A stretch of 64,000 nt of DNA, taken from the NCBI GenBank assembly GCA_964035545.1, contig OZ037768.1, positions 22,601,319-22,665,318 on the forward strand, given 5' to 3'. The position numbers and the translations under genes are program-made. Shown here in pieces: positions 24,601 to 38,067 of this stretch; the first letter of the stretch is position 1; every line of letters starts with the position of its first letter. The notes below the pieces were generated by a model. The model was given only the letters and a program-made list of their open reading frames with translations, was not told the DNA's origin and did not search any database. The DNA is from Bugula neritina (Eukaryota > Animalia > Bryozoa).

Positions 24601-27281
24601 CAACACACTAGCTGAGTAGAGTGTGGGCTAACATAATCTTCTACTCGGACTGCATCCTGTATCTATCAGTTATTCAGTCAAGAACAAGGTAGTACATCTA
24701 ATCATATATATTTTTAGTTTGCTGAAACAGTTTAACTTATTCCATTGCTTATATTTTGCAGCAAATAATGAACAAAATTTGTTAACTCCAGTTGTACAAA
24801 TTTCTCGTGTCAAGTTTTTGCATTTTGTAACTCAATTACATATCAACTAGTAAAGTGAGCTTGTTAGGGCTGTACCGACAGCTATAGGCTATGTTGATAG
24901 TAGTGCAGTTGTAAAGGAAACTACAATATGTATTCATGAAAATGGTTTTTGAATATGAAATCTGCCAGAAAAGTTAATCATTGTACTGAAAATCTTTACA
25001 AAAGTGTTTAGCACTCATTAATTCAATTTTTTAATTAAACTTTGTTGAAGATTTCATTATAAGCAGTGGTTCATATAGTTTTATAAATGTGTATACAAGC
25101 ATTCTTATCAGAATATTAGCATGATATCTTCTAAATTTGTTGGTTACTAATTTCCTATGTTTTATTATGATTGAAAGTTGTTGTATATTTCACCAGAAGT
25201 TGAGAGATGAATACGAGTGCTCAGATGTGAGTGACGGTTGTGGGGAATCAGACTCTAAGTTGAACAGTGATAAAGAGTTTAACCCTGGCAGCAGTGAAAG
25301 TGAATACGACAGCGAAGGGGATCACTTCCCTCCGTCTGAAAAACAACTCAGGCAGTTTTCAAAATACTACTACAATACTTGTTCTGTTTTTTAGGATCAT
25401 TCCTTGAGTAAAGCTTGCTGCTAAATATTCGTCAAGCAATTTGATTATTATCAACATTTAACTGTTGACTGTCAACAGTCACTTAACCTGTTGATGTGTT
25501 GAACTAATTTATTCATGAGATTCACATAGTCTTGTGGATAATTATATTGACAAGGTCTGTTTATACATTTAGGAAGATGAAATGTACTTTGTGTAATAGA
25601 GAGTATATTTCGGCTTGCGTAGCCCGACTGTGCTGCTATAAATGCAAGATTCCTGCTACTTCGGGGAAGTCATTTCGGTACCTCTGTCCTCAATGTCCAT
25701 ATGTAAGTTTCCCAAGTCGTCAATATCTTACAGCTCAAAAGTCTTTTGCTTATTTTGTACAACAGCATATCTGTTTTTGCAACCAAGAGTTATATTTACA
25801 TTGTGTTTTAAATAAGTTAATAGCCATTCAATTTTTACTTTTTATTCTTTGTAGAACTTACTGTAATAAATGTCTTAAGGGAAGACTGAAGCTTTGACAT
25901 TAATTTGTTATTTTTAATATACAAACAATTTAGTTTCCACTTATATAGAGATAAAAATATTTTCTTAATTGTTTTTAGCCATTAGTTTGCCATTTGATTA
26001 TTCTAGATCTTATTTATGAACTCAGCTTCAGCTTCTTACTGGTTTTTTGTCATTTCTCCTCTCTTTCTGCTCTCATATGCCGAGACACTGAGATATATAA
26101 CGTGTTACACATACTCGATATACAGATATATAAGACAGGATATATGACTCACTACTTGTTTTATAGAGAAGTTCAAGTGTCATCTCCACTCAGAGTCACA
26201 TACAGAGAGCTCACCAGAACAAGGAAACTATATATAAATGTCAAAAGTGTGGCCGCTGTTTTCTCAACAGGCAAGCGCTTACTAGACATGAGATGGTGCA
26301 CAGAAAAGAGAGACCATTTTTGTGCGGCACTTGCGGAAGAAGATTCTCTCAGTCAAACAATCTTGCAGGTACTGCTGTCTCTGTTTATATTGTCAGCAGC
26401 TGCTGTTAAAGAGCCATAGAACTGTCAAGTTCAAATTAAATATTAGGAATTTTCCTCTATTAAAGGGTAGTCATGGAAATAATAAACATCATTTACATTT
26501 GTCTTGTTGTAATATATAGAATAGTTGTAACTACGGTAAATAGTTTTTAAAAATTCATTTTATGAAATACTTGTTGAGTAATTACTGATGCGGCATAGTT
26601 GTACAACACTGGTTTCATGCTATACTCACTCGGTGTTTGATGAGATTTAAAACCTTTATCATGTGTCTCTGTGTGAATAATTTTTCTTAAAAAGAAAGTA
26701 ACTCCCAAAATTGTGAAAGAGAGGCTTAAATAATATGCTAGTAATTTGCTGTGTCCTAATGTCTTCTTGTGTTTTTATTCTGTACTTTTTTCAAATGTTC
26801 TTTGACAGCCCACATGAGACAGCACACTGGAGACAAACCATTTCAGTGTGAACACTGTGGTCAGAGTTTCACTCACAATATCAGTCTGAGGAAACATTTC
26901 TGTAAACACTTGGGACGGCGAATCGAACCTCTAGACCAAAAGAAACCAAATATTGGGAGACCTCCTCGAAAGTCATGGAAATCTGTGGAAACAGTTTGTA
27001 CAGCAGATGTTGAGGGTGGAAATGAAACTTCTCCTCGCGGGGCCTCTTTTGACAATGAAGCCTCTCCTTGTGATGCCCCTCGTGACAATGAAGCCTCTCC
27101 TTGTGATGCCCCTCGTGACAATGAAAGTTCTCGTACTAATCATGTTTCTGATGACAACAAGACACCTTATGATAATGCCTCAGAAAATCACCAATCGACC
27201 AATCATACCGCAGATAACAATCAGCTAGAAGAACTAGAAAAGGAAGACAACATACTTGACCTTTTAGATTCACTCTTGTAG
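18621..27281 (+). CDS. THAP-domain / C2H2 zinc-finger protein, paralog A
   Basis: THAP signature C-x4-C...FSWP...W...LCVRHF (18621-18841) with GAVPTV in exon 19306-19488. About 17 exons. C-terminal C2H2 fingers in 25573-25701, 26168-26368 ([15 protein letters not shown]) and 26809-27281 ([12 protein letters not shown]). Confidence 0.88.
19021..19205 (+). mobile_element. tRNA-derived SINE remnant
   Basis: A-box TGGTCTAGGGG and B-box-like GGTTTCGAACTCC, then GGTAATGTCAGGAAAAGCATC (resembles the central domain of Meta-type SINEs) and a (RAT)n/A-rich tail. Confidence 0.6.
20842..21062 (+). repeat. 17-bp minisatellite x13 (TGAGTCACAGTGAGTRY) with 5-unit higher-order structure
   Basis: Counted directly. 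Unit endings follow ACTGT, AGTAC, AGTGT, AGTAT, AGTAC twice, then ACTGT, AGTGT, AGTGT. Confidence 0.95.
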
Positions 27282-28043
27282 TTGTATACAAATCGGTTAC
27301 TGCTCTAATCTTTTGTTGTTGAGTTGCTGACTCAAAGTGAATAGAGTATTACTGTATAGTTTCTGTTGTAACTTACATAACTAATCCCACAACATATTAA
27401 AGTTTATTTCTGCAGTGAATTTCACCATCCATCCTTTAAAAGTTTTATTTTAGAAAAACTTTTTTTCTATGCTAGTTTATAAAGTTTTGGTATCAACATA
27501 TTGGTGATGATTTATAATTGTAATACAGCTACAATGTCACCATCATTCATCATACTTATAATTTGAACCAAAGCCTTGCATTAATGGCTAAAAATATGAA
27601 TATGTATATGTAAATATTATATGTGCTAGAACAAATTTTTTTTCATGTTGAAAATATGAAACAAGACATGTTTGAAAACTTGTCTGACATAAACATCAAT
27701 GTGCTTGCAAGCCATGTCCATATGCAATTTGATAAATTCAAGCTGCATTGCAGCATATTAATGCACTACTTTAGCACTTTATCAAACTTGCTACAAACAC
27801 TGTAGCTCAACATTTAATACAACATATAAAATTGCACTAGTTGAGTCATTATATCATGTTAGAACTGCTGACTAGTGAGCAAAAAATTAATGGCTTCAAT
27901 GGTTACAACGTTTTTGAAGTGCCAAATTAAGCCTAATATTCATCGCATGTATCTGTGAGATAAGATAGAACGTCTAAAACTGGTAATTTATATAATATTA
28001 TGCATGCTACATATATGATATAGTGGAAAAAGCAAAAGAACCA

Positions 28044-28201
28044 TTTAGGAACAGTAGTGGAGAAATTGAGATAACCTAAGTTCTTTAAATTCTTTATAAA
28101 GTTTGGTGTGCGTTTAAATTTTTGCGAGAACACAACTTATTTTGCTACATTTTTAATTTAGAACACGGGCTTTTCTCAATTTCTCCATTAATGCTCCTTA
28201 A
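28044..28201. mobile_element. Small degenerate MITE-like element with TTAAGG-type (Kolobok-like) ends
   Basis: Left end TTTAGGAACAGTAGTGGAGAAATTGAGA...TTCTTTAAATT matches the reverse complement of the right end, TTAAGGAGCATTAATGGAGAAATTGAGA...TTCTAAATT (~45-bp imperfect inverted repeat). Confidence 0.5.
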
Positions 28202-28351
28202 CATCAAACTCGATAACTTCCAGCGCAGTGCTCTAAATGCAACCAACTTCTACCAATTTGAGAGTTGTCAACCCAAAAGTTTGGTTTTGTAAGAAATATT
28301 CGCGTGCAAATCCTGATTGAATTCGGGGTTCTGCTGATGACTCTACTGATC

Positions 28352-28517
28352 AAATAATTTTATAAGCAGCTCCGAGTTGGGAGTACTGAGTGCAGTAGTA
28401 TGCGGCTGTTCAATTTAAAGTTGGGGTGGAGACTTCAATGAGCCGACTTTCAAACTTGAGAACTGCAAACTACTGCACTTCGTCAACCCCAAATTGAAGC
28501 TGTTTATAAAAATATTT
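28352..28517. repeat. Degenerate ~75-bp-arm palindrome upstream of THAP paralog B
   Basis: AAATAATTTTATAAGCAGCTCCGAGTTGGG...GTGCAGTAG... pairs with ...CTACTGCAC...CCCAAATTGAAGCTGTTTATAAAAATATTT. Confidence 0.6.
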
Positions 28518-28659
28518 TTAACAATTAGCACGGGGTTAAAGGGCACGCCGCACGCTGATATCTGTAGTCACTCACGAACTAGTTGAACTGGCTGAACTAT
28601 ACTGACAGAAGTAAACTGATCTATTTCTAGACACTATCATACTACTAGTTACTGGTGAT

Positions 28660-31600
28660 ATGGCTACACTTGCTCCAAGTTCTAAAAGTAAATGCAAAAG
28701 AAGATTATGTGAAGCTGGAATGTGCTCGTACAAAGAGAGGCACATGTTTAAATGGCCTTCAAATTCGGTGTATGGTGAAAAGTGGACAAAATTTGTCAAT
28801 ATTAAACGGCACAATTTTAAGCCTGATAAAACATCTCGTTTGTGTTATCAGCATTTCAATGACGATCAATTTACAAATATGGGCATGTATAAAGCAAAAG
28901 TGATTAATATGTAAGTAAGTCGCCCAGTCATACTCATACTCGTAGTCATAGTGATTTTGATTCAATCACTTTGATTCAATGATTGTCAAAACAAAAGTGT
29001 AGCACTATGACTATGACTAAAAATAAGAGTAAGCTTAACGACTAACAACTTGAATTACAACCATAAACTAAAATAATAATTATAATATACTTACTTTTAG
29101 CCTTATACCTATAGTAAATTGTATATTAAATTTGGTGTAGCTACCTATGGCTATATTATTATTACTAAAAATAACTATAATACTATTAATACTAATAGTA
29201 ATATTAATATAGTAATTATTCTTATATCTATAAATATAATAGTAATCATGTAATGCATATATTAATATTATAATTTTTTTCTTCTTTTTCGGGTTAAGTT
29301 TTTACTTATTTGCATGTAAATGCTGTTTTAAAATCGATCCCTGTGACTGGTATTAAAATCAGTTTTATTTTCTCATTGAATTTGATTATCTTATTATTCA
29401 CTCAGCTTGTTAAAGGGATAAAATTGGATTGGTTTTGATTTGATTTAATATTTAGACTGCATTTAGAGAAAACAGCAGTTCCAACTATTCATTTAGTGGA
29501 AACTGAAGGTACATCTGGCTGTGCTCCACCATCACCCCGGGAACGAACCCAGAAAACCATCACACCCAAGGAAGCTCGCTGGTTGAAAAGATCAGACCCT
29601 ACTTCACTGTAAGGATTAGTTTATACATTTTCAGTGTGGAAGTTGGAATATGTTCCAGATTTTTGTATTAAAAATCCATTATTCATTTGGCCACATATTT
29701 TGAATATTAAATAATGTTGGGATTATATTGTTGTACGTTCTATCCACTGAAATGTAAATATTAATTGGTATTTCATGGTTGCATCCATTTATGCTAGTTA
29801 AACCTTTGGTTGCATTTTTCACTTAGACGTTTTAGTGGTATATATAGGCGTTGCTGAAGATCTATTTGACTTGCGAGGGCTTTATAAATTGTCTCAAACT
29901 TTATGTAAACAGTTGATTGCGCAATCTATTAATTTATGCTGAAATTTAACAAGATGTAATAAATTGATATTATATTTTGTTTTATGAAACTACTTTGCTG
30001 ATGCAAATAATAATATATTAAGGAGTAAAAGAGGCAAAAAGTTAGAAATTGCTAAAATTGCTTTTGTGCTGCATTAGAAGCTCTCAAGCAGTCGGTAACT
30101 CTTCTAGCATAACCTGCTCACAAATTCTTACCACCATATATTCTCATGGTGTAAATCTTATACCTTCAGGTTGCCTTTGAAGAAGCTGAACTTTAAACAA
30201 GCTGATGAGTTTCAAAAGCGTCTAGACAGACAATCTCAAGGACAGAAAAGTAGTGGACAGGAGAATCTGTAAGTTCTGTTCTTTTAGCTTTTATATTCTG
30301 TTGAAAACTAATAAAATTTTCGTCAAAGGAATGAAACTTGTTTGGAGGTCAGCTGTGAGAACCCCTCTCACTGTTGGCTGCTGCCGTATAGGTAGCCTAC
30401 ACCACAATCTGGTGGTAATGCTTGTGTGATATACAGATAAGCCTCTGCTAACTTGCACCATGTATTAACACATCCTTTAGATTTACTTTTTGCACAATTT
30501 ACAATATTGTACAATATAATATTTCAATCTATTAATTTGTAGTAGTATTGTTCCTAAAGACTTCGGTTGTTGTTTGATGATCTTATGTTGTATTGGGAGT
30601 AATTTTTTTAATTATTTTTGATGTTCTAGATAGGTATTAGTTGATTTGTCATTTTATAATTGGAATAATAATTTCTGTACCTCAGTTGTCTTTTAGGTGG
30701 TAAAGTTAGGTATGTTTTATCATGTATATTTTCATGTGTTCAGCATAAGCAATTGTTAATACAAAAGTATCATCAATATGTGTGAAGGGCTTCTCTCTTT
30801 CATGGTATTAGTATTGGTCAAATACATTTCTATTATAATGGGGACAACTGTTGTGTAGGCCAAAGATTCATTCTCAAAAGCCTGATCAATCAAGTACAGC
30901 AACTCCAAACAATGCCCCAACCGACCCCATATTGTCACCGCAAGAGACGAATTCAAGTCCAATCATCTCCTCCACTTCAAGTACTTTGCCATCTGATACT
31001 CCTCAAATACTCGATGCATACACAGTTACTTCCTCTGAAACTCTCTCTTCTTCTGAGGTCACTGAAAGTTCAACTGTAAAGGATGAGCCTGGAGATGTGG
31101 AGATCACAACTCCTGTAGTGTCGGTGAGGGTTGAGTGATTTACTGTGTAATAAGTTGATTGAAAGAGAGACAGTTTGCTTTTCTGAGTGTTCAGTCACAG
31201 TGAGTATTGAGTCACAGTGAGTACTGAGTCCCAGTGAGTGATGAGTCACAGTGAGTATTGAGTCACAGTGAGTACTGAGTCACAGTGAGTACTGAGTCAC
31301 AGTGAGTACTAAGTCAGTGAGTACTGAGTCACAGTGAGTATTGAGTCACAGTGAGTACTGAGTCCCAGTGAGTGATGAGTCACAGTGAGTATTGAGTCAC
31401 AGTGACTGTTGAGTCAGTGAGTGATGAGTCACAGTAAGTACTGAGTCGCAGTGAGTGATGAGTCACAATGAGTATTGAGTCACATTGAGTACTGAGTCAC
31501 AGTGAGTACTGAGTCAGTGAGTTCAGGTAGTACTCAGTTAATTAGATGATACCTAACAGTATTTAAATTCGTCAGTCTAAAAAATTATATTTTCTGATTA

Positions 31601-34600
31601 TATGTCAAAACATTCAAAGATCTGTCATCATTTTAGGGGATAAGTGACTCCAACTCACAAACTCTCATACCTGCTTCTCTTGTACAGACTCATCATTTAA
31701 AAAATCCTCTCCCAAGTAAATCCGCTGTGAAAAATTCCTGTACCAGGAAAAGTAAGAAACTTTGTCGTCTATTTGCAGCGCTGAACTGCAACTTTTATAT
31801 AGTATACTTGAGCTCTTATTGTATGATAGCTGACACTAATGAGATTTGTGTGCTTCACTTTGATCTTAAAAGTGTATATGTTGTAGATTATCTAACCAAG
31901 TCAATCAAATCCAACAGGTAACCATTTTAGTTGTTTTTATTAATTCTTTGTAAATACATTTTATATACAATCAGTGTGTTAAGCGTTATTAATACATTTT
32001 TTTCATTTTTAAAACAACATTTGTCCTAAAACAACTAGATGTATTTTTTTTTAATTTCATCACCTTACTTTTTGGAGTTGTCTACCAAAAGCAAGTATGA
32101 TGTCTAAACTCTATTTATTCAGAGTCCACAAAAGATCCAAAACAATCCAAACCTGTTGCTGCTGTATGACCTTGGAAGAGCTGTTAGCTCACCCTAATTT
32201 CATCCCGAAGCTAGCCACCATGGTGCGCAAGGTGAACACAACTTCCGGATGTTAATGAATTTAGTTTATAATATATCATGTGTACTAAAGCTATAAGAAG
32301 TTTTACAAACTATATTTTGCTTTATTAATTTGAACCCATAAGTTGACATGTTTTGCCATATTGAATTATGTTGACTTTTTATAGTTATAGATTTTAAACA
32401 GAAGATGGGCACAATGTTGAAATGTTTTGCTACTTGAAAAGAAAGCTGTTGAATTTTAAAAGTATATAAGATGTTTTATTAAAATTGTTGTTACAGTTTA
32501 TTAAATGCACATTAAATTATATCAACTACTTTCACTAGCTTCACAGGCCTACTAACATGCTGTGTTTCTAGTAACTCTTATTCTTAAACTTTTTTATCCA
32601 ATCAACAGATTTTGCTGCTTTTCTTCCTAGCATTTACCCGAAATATACTTATTAATACTGGACAAACTGTACTAGCTAGGACTTGTAACATACTTTCCAG
32701 CCTACAGATGTGTCATCTGTTTCGCTGTAGAATAAGACAGTTGGTTCAAAGTTTATTAAAGCTTTCAAGTGTTTTTCTGATGAGCCGAAACCGCGTGAAG
32801 TTAAGAAGTGTACTGTTGACACACAGACAGACGGGCCAAGTGTACCTGTTTTGAACTTGGAGAAAGTTGACCCGTCGGATTGTAAGTTGAGCTATTTGAT
32901 TGGCTGACTAAATCTGCCAATCATGTTATACTGAAATAAAATATTTATGTTTATTTTTCAATAAGCTGATGAACAAAGATTAGAAAAAGGGGAGGGGCTT
33001 TACTTATGATGACGTTTTTAAATATTATTAATTCTGATTTTATTTTGTGGTTCTGTTTAATGCAGACGGTGGTGTCCCAATGGATGTCTCACAAGATGGA
33101 GACTTTGAAACCCCTCTCGACTTTGGTGAGTTTGTCCTTGCAGAATTTAATCACAGTCATAGTGTAGAGTTAAAAAACTAGATGCTCGTTCTGACTTGTA
33201 TATCATTTTAGCCTTGTGAAATCTCACCTTTGGTGAACCTTTTCAAGATTTGTTCACTTACTAATGTGTGTTGTTTTGTGCTTGTAAGCAGAATTCTGAA
33301 AATGTTGCCAGTTTTGTTTAACTAGATCAACAGTCAAATCAAATCAACAGTCAGTTGGCTTTTCAATTTAAACAAGATAAAATTATTCAATGTTATGCAA
33401 TATGTGTGTCCAGAATATCTATTTACATCTAGAATATTCTACAGTCACTTGGAGTTTTGTTGAAAGAATCAGCTTGTGTGAAGGTTGCCACAGGCTCACA
33501 AACTCTGAACTAAATATACTTTTCTATCCTTTTGCTCTGTCAATAAAATTGTCTTATTGGCTCAACTTAATTCAAAACGTTGTTCTTTGGTTGAGTTTGC
33601 TGAAGTTTGAGTTGTTAAATTCTCTTACTGAATGCTGAGTGGCTTTATAGAAGAGATCAGTTGTCTTTTGATTTCGATTTTCAGTTTTCAGAGTTTTCTT
33701 GTATTTCAGTTCCAAATTGTGAGAAAGAGGGTGAAATGGGCTCGTTGTTTGGAAGTATAAACCAAAGTCCTCATACAAAGTCTGGAAGTGAATTTCATCC
33801 TCAAAAGTTCACTGACCTGGGTGAGTTTGACTAATTTACTAGGACATGGTGGATGAACAATCGGGGAGTTATCCCCTTGTTATACCAAAACAAATATTAT
33901 TACAGCTAAATAAAGTTATCTTTTAATTTTATCAAAATTTTATAAGATATATATAAGTTGGTGATATGTAACTAATTTTCTTGACAGTAAACTCCGCCCA
34001 CATGAAGTTAGAATATCACCACAGACCCCCAGATGTCTCTATTTCGTCCAGTGGTTATATCAGGAGTCGTCGTTCTAAAACTAAACGTGTTATTGAGGTA
34101 AGATTGTACATTACATAACACTATTGAATATTTAAGCTGGTAAAAATGTAATATTCTAGTGAATTCCATCTTTGCTGTTAGAAGTTGAAAGCTGAATATT
34201 GCTTAAATTCTGGCGAAGATGTTGAAAACTCTGAGGATGAATCGGATTCCCTCACAGATAATCAACAGACTCAAGATGTGACTCAGGATGATGAAGATTT
34301 TAATCCTGGAGATGAGACTGATGAAGATTACAATGAAGATTACAATGAAGATGATGGAGATATCGGTGATAAAGTGACCAGTAAAATATTTGAAAAGTAA
34401 TTAAAGAATTTATGTTTTCCTTAAAAGTCCAATGTCAAAAATATAGCTGAAATAGTTTGAGTATTTAAGCAACTTTCAAGTTCTAGCAGAGCTGAATGTC
34501 TTTTTCACTTGATCATTTATGCTGATTTGAAATGAATTCCATTGAAAAAAAAATTTAGTCCTGTAAATTATTGCTTTTTAAGTTGGATGATGCATACAAT

Positions 34601-36722
34601 TATTATTCTTTTTTCAATATATCTAGTCATAAACTTTGTTCCGATTTTTTAAGTAATTTAACTGGTCAAAGCTTTAAGTTAGTGTAGACTTTCACATACT
34701 AATTGTAATTTTTCTTATCAGGGTTAACATTGTTTAATAAACTCACAATTTATTAAAAAAAACTTATAATCAACTATAATATTATTGTTTAGGTTAGTGT
34801 CAACTTATAGGTGATAAGTTGTAAGTGTCAGCTAGTAGGTATCAGCTTGTAGGTATCAGCTAGTAGGTGTCAACTTGTAGGTATCAACTTGTAGGTGTCA
34901 ACTAGTAGGTATCAGCTAGTATGTGTCAACTAGTAGGTATCAGCTTGTAGGTATCAGCTAGTAGGTGTCAACTTGTAGGTATCAGCTTGTAGGTGTCAAC
35001 TTGTAGGTATCAGCTTGTAGGTGTCAACTAGTAAGTATCAGCTTGTGGGTGTCAACTTGTAGGTATCAGCTTGTAGGTATCAGCTAGTAGGTAATAACTT
35101 AACTAGTACGCTTCAGCTAGCTGTTCCAAAAATGTTTAATTAGGCACTGTGACTTATGTGATTGGTGCAACTGACTTTGTTAATTCTCTCTTCAGGAGAA
35201 TCCGGTGTGCTCTGTGCAACCAGCTGTTCAACAGGAAGTCTGCCTCTGCTCTCTGCTGCCAAAGGTGTAAAGTGGTTCCTCCTGGCATAAAAACACTTAA
35301 ATACCGATGTCCACAATGCTCATTTGTAAGTACTCAGCATAGACTGGTGTGTCCTCAGTTGCTTGTTTCCTAAACAAATAATCATTCTTTCTCTCTTAAG
35401 GCTGCTTTGGTTTCCTCTAATCTGTAGATGCTACTTAATTCAAACAAAAGTTCCACATGAAGCATAAGCTCTTTCTTTTGTCTGCTGTCTTTCCTGTTAC
35501 AGTTGTGAGAGGCTTTAGCTGTTCATAACAATATACTCGTGTTGACTTTGTGAGAGTCTTTTCAATTTTCAAGTAGGCTTGTAGAGTGTTGCTAAAGTTG
35601 CTGAACAGTATTGCATGTACTATAACAACTCACAAGACTAGATGTGCAGTTATACCTTTTCTGAAAAAGAACAAAATTTCACTCAAACCAGTTGAAATCA
35701 TGCCAGGAAAATGATGATGAGACTTCCATTTTGATTGGTTGCTTCCAAAATACTAGAAAATTTGATGAAATCTACCACCTCCCTAAGTTGAATCTATACA
35801 TATACACAGAGCTTGTTCTCTATAACAAAGGCTGTTATTTCAGCTTTTTAAATAAAAGGCTACAATTTTTCAACTGCGATATACAAAAAGTAAGCTATTA
35901 CCCTTACTTGCAGTAAGCTTAATAGCTTAGTTTTTGTGTATCGCAGTTGAAAAATTGTAGCCTTTTTATTTGAAATTTGTTGTTAAAAGCGCTAGACATT
36001 TTTTGTAGATGGATAAAAACATAAGCATAATTAAAAGCCATATGCTATTGGACCATCAAAATAAGGCAACCTCCTTCAAGTGTGAAACGTGTGATCGATT
36101 CTTCTTGACTAAAAAAAGGCTTCTCAGGCATGAATTGACACACGAGACAACGAAACCGTATTTATGTGGTACTTGTGGTAAAGGATTCACTCAGTCAAGC
36201 AATCTCCAAGGTACTAAATCTTCAGTGAACTGATATGAATTGTTTTGGGTATGAAATATCAGTAGTGATGTAAATTATAGTTAGCAGCATACTGCTGCTG
36301 TTGTTATTGCTTTTGTGGCGTTGAATTTCTTAAGAGTTCTTGTGTTTTTATTCTGTACTTTTTTCAAATGTTCCTTGACAGCCCACATGAGACAGCACAC
36401 TGGAGACAAACCATTTCAGTGTGAACACTGTGGTCAAAGTTTCACTCACAATATCAGTCTGAGGAAACATTTCTGTAAACACTTGGGACGGCGAATCGAA
36501 CCTCTAGACCAAAAGAAACCAAATATTGGGAGACCTCCTCGAAAGTCATGGAAATCTGTGGAAACAGTTTGTACAGCAGATGTTGAGGGTGGAAATGAAA
36601 CTTCTCTTCGTGGGGCATCTTTTGGCAATGAAGTCTCTCCTTGTGATGCCCCTCATGACAATGAAGTCTCTCCTTGTGATGCCCCTCGTGACAATGAAAC
36701 TTCTCCTTGTGATGCCTCTTGA
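28660..36722 (+). CDS. THAP-domain / C2H2 zinc-finger protein, paralog B
   Basis: THAP CEAGMC...FKWP...W...LCYQHF (28660-28910) with TAVPTIH (29456-29608). Exon series is colinear with paralog A. C2H2 exons at 35196-35325, 36009-36209 and 36382-36722. Confidence 0.88.
31190..31520 (+). repeat. 17-bp minisatellite (~20 units), same family as 20842-21062
   Basis: TGAGTCACAGTGAGTAY units, a few shortened to 15 bp, in the equivalent intron of paralog B. Confidence 0.93.
34795..35095 (+). repeat. 14-bp minisatellite (GTAGGTRTCARCTW), ~20 units
   Basis: Read directly from sequence; intronic in paralog B. Confidence 0.9.
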
Positions 36723-38067
36723 GGCAATGAAACTTATCCTCATGGGGCCTCTTTCGACAATTTAACTTCTCCTTGTGGTGCCTCTTGAGGCAATGAAGCC
36801 TTTTATACTAATCATGTGTCTGATGACACTCAAGTAAAGAATGCTCCAGAAGGAGGCAATGTTTTACTCCTTATGGAAGGCGTGTTTTACCTGTGATGGT
36901 TTAACAAGAAAAATATAGCTATTAACTGAAATCTTTGCAATTTAAAGAAATATTTTACAAGTTTACAATTTTTCGATTCAAGAATGCATTGAAATGTTGA
37001 ATTTCGTAGGTATTTTATGTTTCTTAATATACAATGACTATATATAGCTTGTTTGTCAAATTCTGTGGTACATTGCATAATTATACACATAATTATTTAT
37101 TATTTTCTATGAGAGAATCAATTTAGCTGTTGTATATTTTTCTTCCTATTATATTCATAATAATTTATTACTGAGCAGAACTAAGCTTGATTCTCTGTAT
37201 AAATGTAAACAGTGATCAAACCATCGGGTTTCAACTGTTGGTTAGGGAAGTTTTCATAATGCTGGTGAAATTCCCCTTAGAAGTCCTAGAGAGCATAGCA
37301 AATAGTTTACCTGGATTACTAACTCTGTCACATCTACCTACCAGTTTGACCCTTAAATGTAAAATCGCTGTATATGCATCATTCTGAAATGTAATGCTTG
37401 TTAATGGCAATCTTACAAATTGCTGCAGTTTAGTATCTTCGTTTCTTTTCGATCAGAAGTATGAACTGAGGCTGAAGCATACAAATACGTTAATGTAAGG
37501 CTAGAGATAGAATACTGTAATACCATAGCAACAGTTAGCAGGCTTCGATCTGATGAAGGGGATTCCCCAACATTCTCGTGAAAATCCCCTTTTGCAAATA
37601 TAGAGGTGCACCACTCTTCTATTTCACACAGTAGGTACCTCTCAAGTAATTTTGAACAAATCAAATGATATCAATGAAGGAAAGTATTCTAACTTCTTTT
37701 TACTGATTTTAAAACAGCACAATAGTCGGCATTTTATAGAGCAAACTATACAGCTGCAAGATGGTGGACTTCATCAGAGAAAGCTAATGTTGTAGAGTTT
37801 TAAAAGTGAAGGAAGTAAACAAGATAATAGTTTGCTCATGAATACTTTGAGGATAGTGTATACACTTTGGTGCAGAAATATTTTCCTCATGGTCACCAAG
37901 CTGATAAACGGAAAAAATAAGTGTAGTGTAGTGTATACACTTATGTGTAGAAGTATTTTAAGACTAATTAAATTTCCTGGTGATCACCAAGCTGGTAAAC
38001 TAAAAAGAGAACAACTGAAAGAATATAACATTGTTGTTTTTTTCTTACTGCTTGTATCGTAATCTAA

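Noticed and set aside
26873-27228. Overlapping and antisense ORFs on the last THAP-ZnF exons (also 36446-36765)
   Set aside because: They are alternative frames kept open by the 33-bp coding repeat, with no independent support.
18621-36722. THAP genes as active P-element/THAP9 transposases
   Set aside because: No DDE/RNase H-like catalytic region or flanking TIR/TSD was found; the genes end in C2H2 fingers.
36720-36788. In-frame TGA codons as selenocysteine
   Set aside because: They align with Arg/His/Phe positions rather than Cys, and I see no SECIS-like stem-loop downstream.
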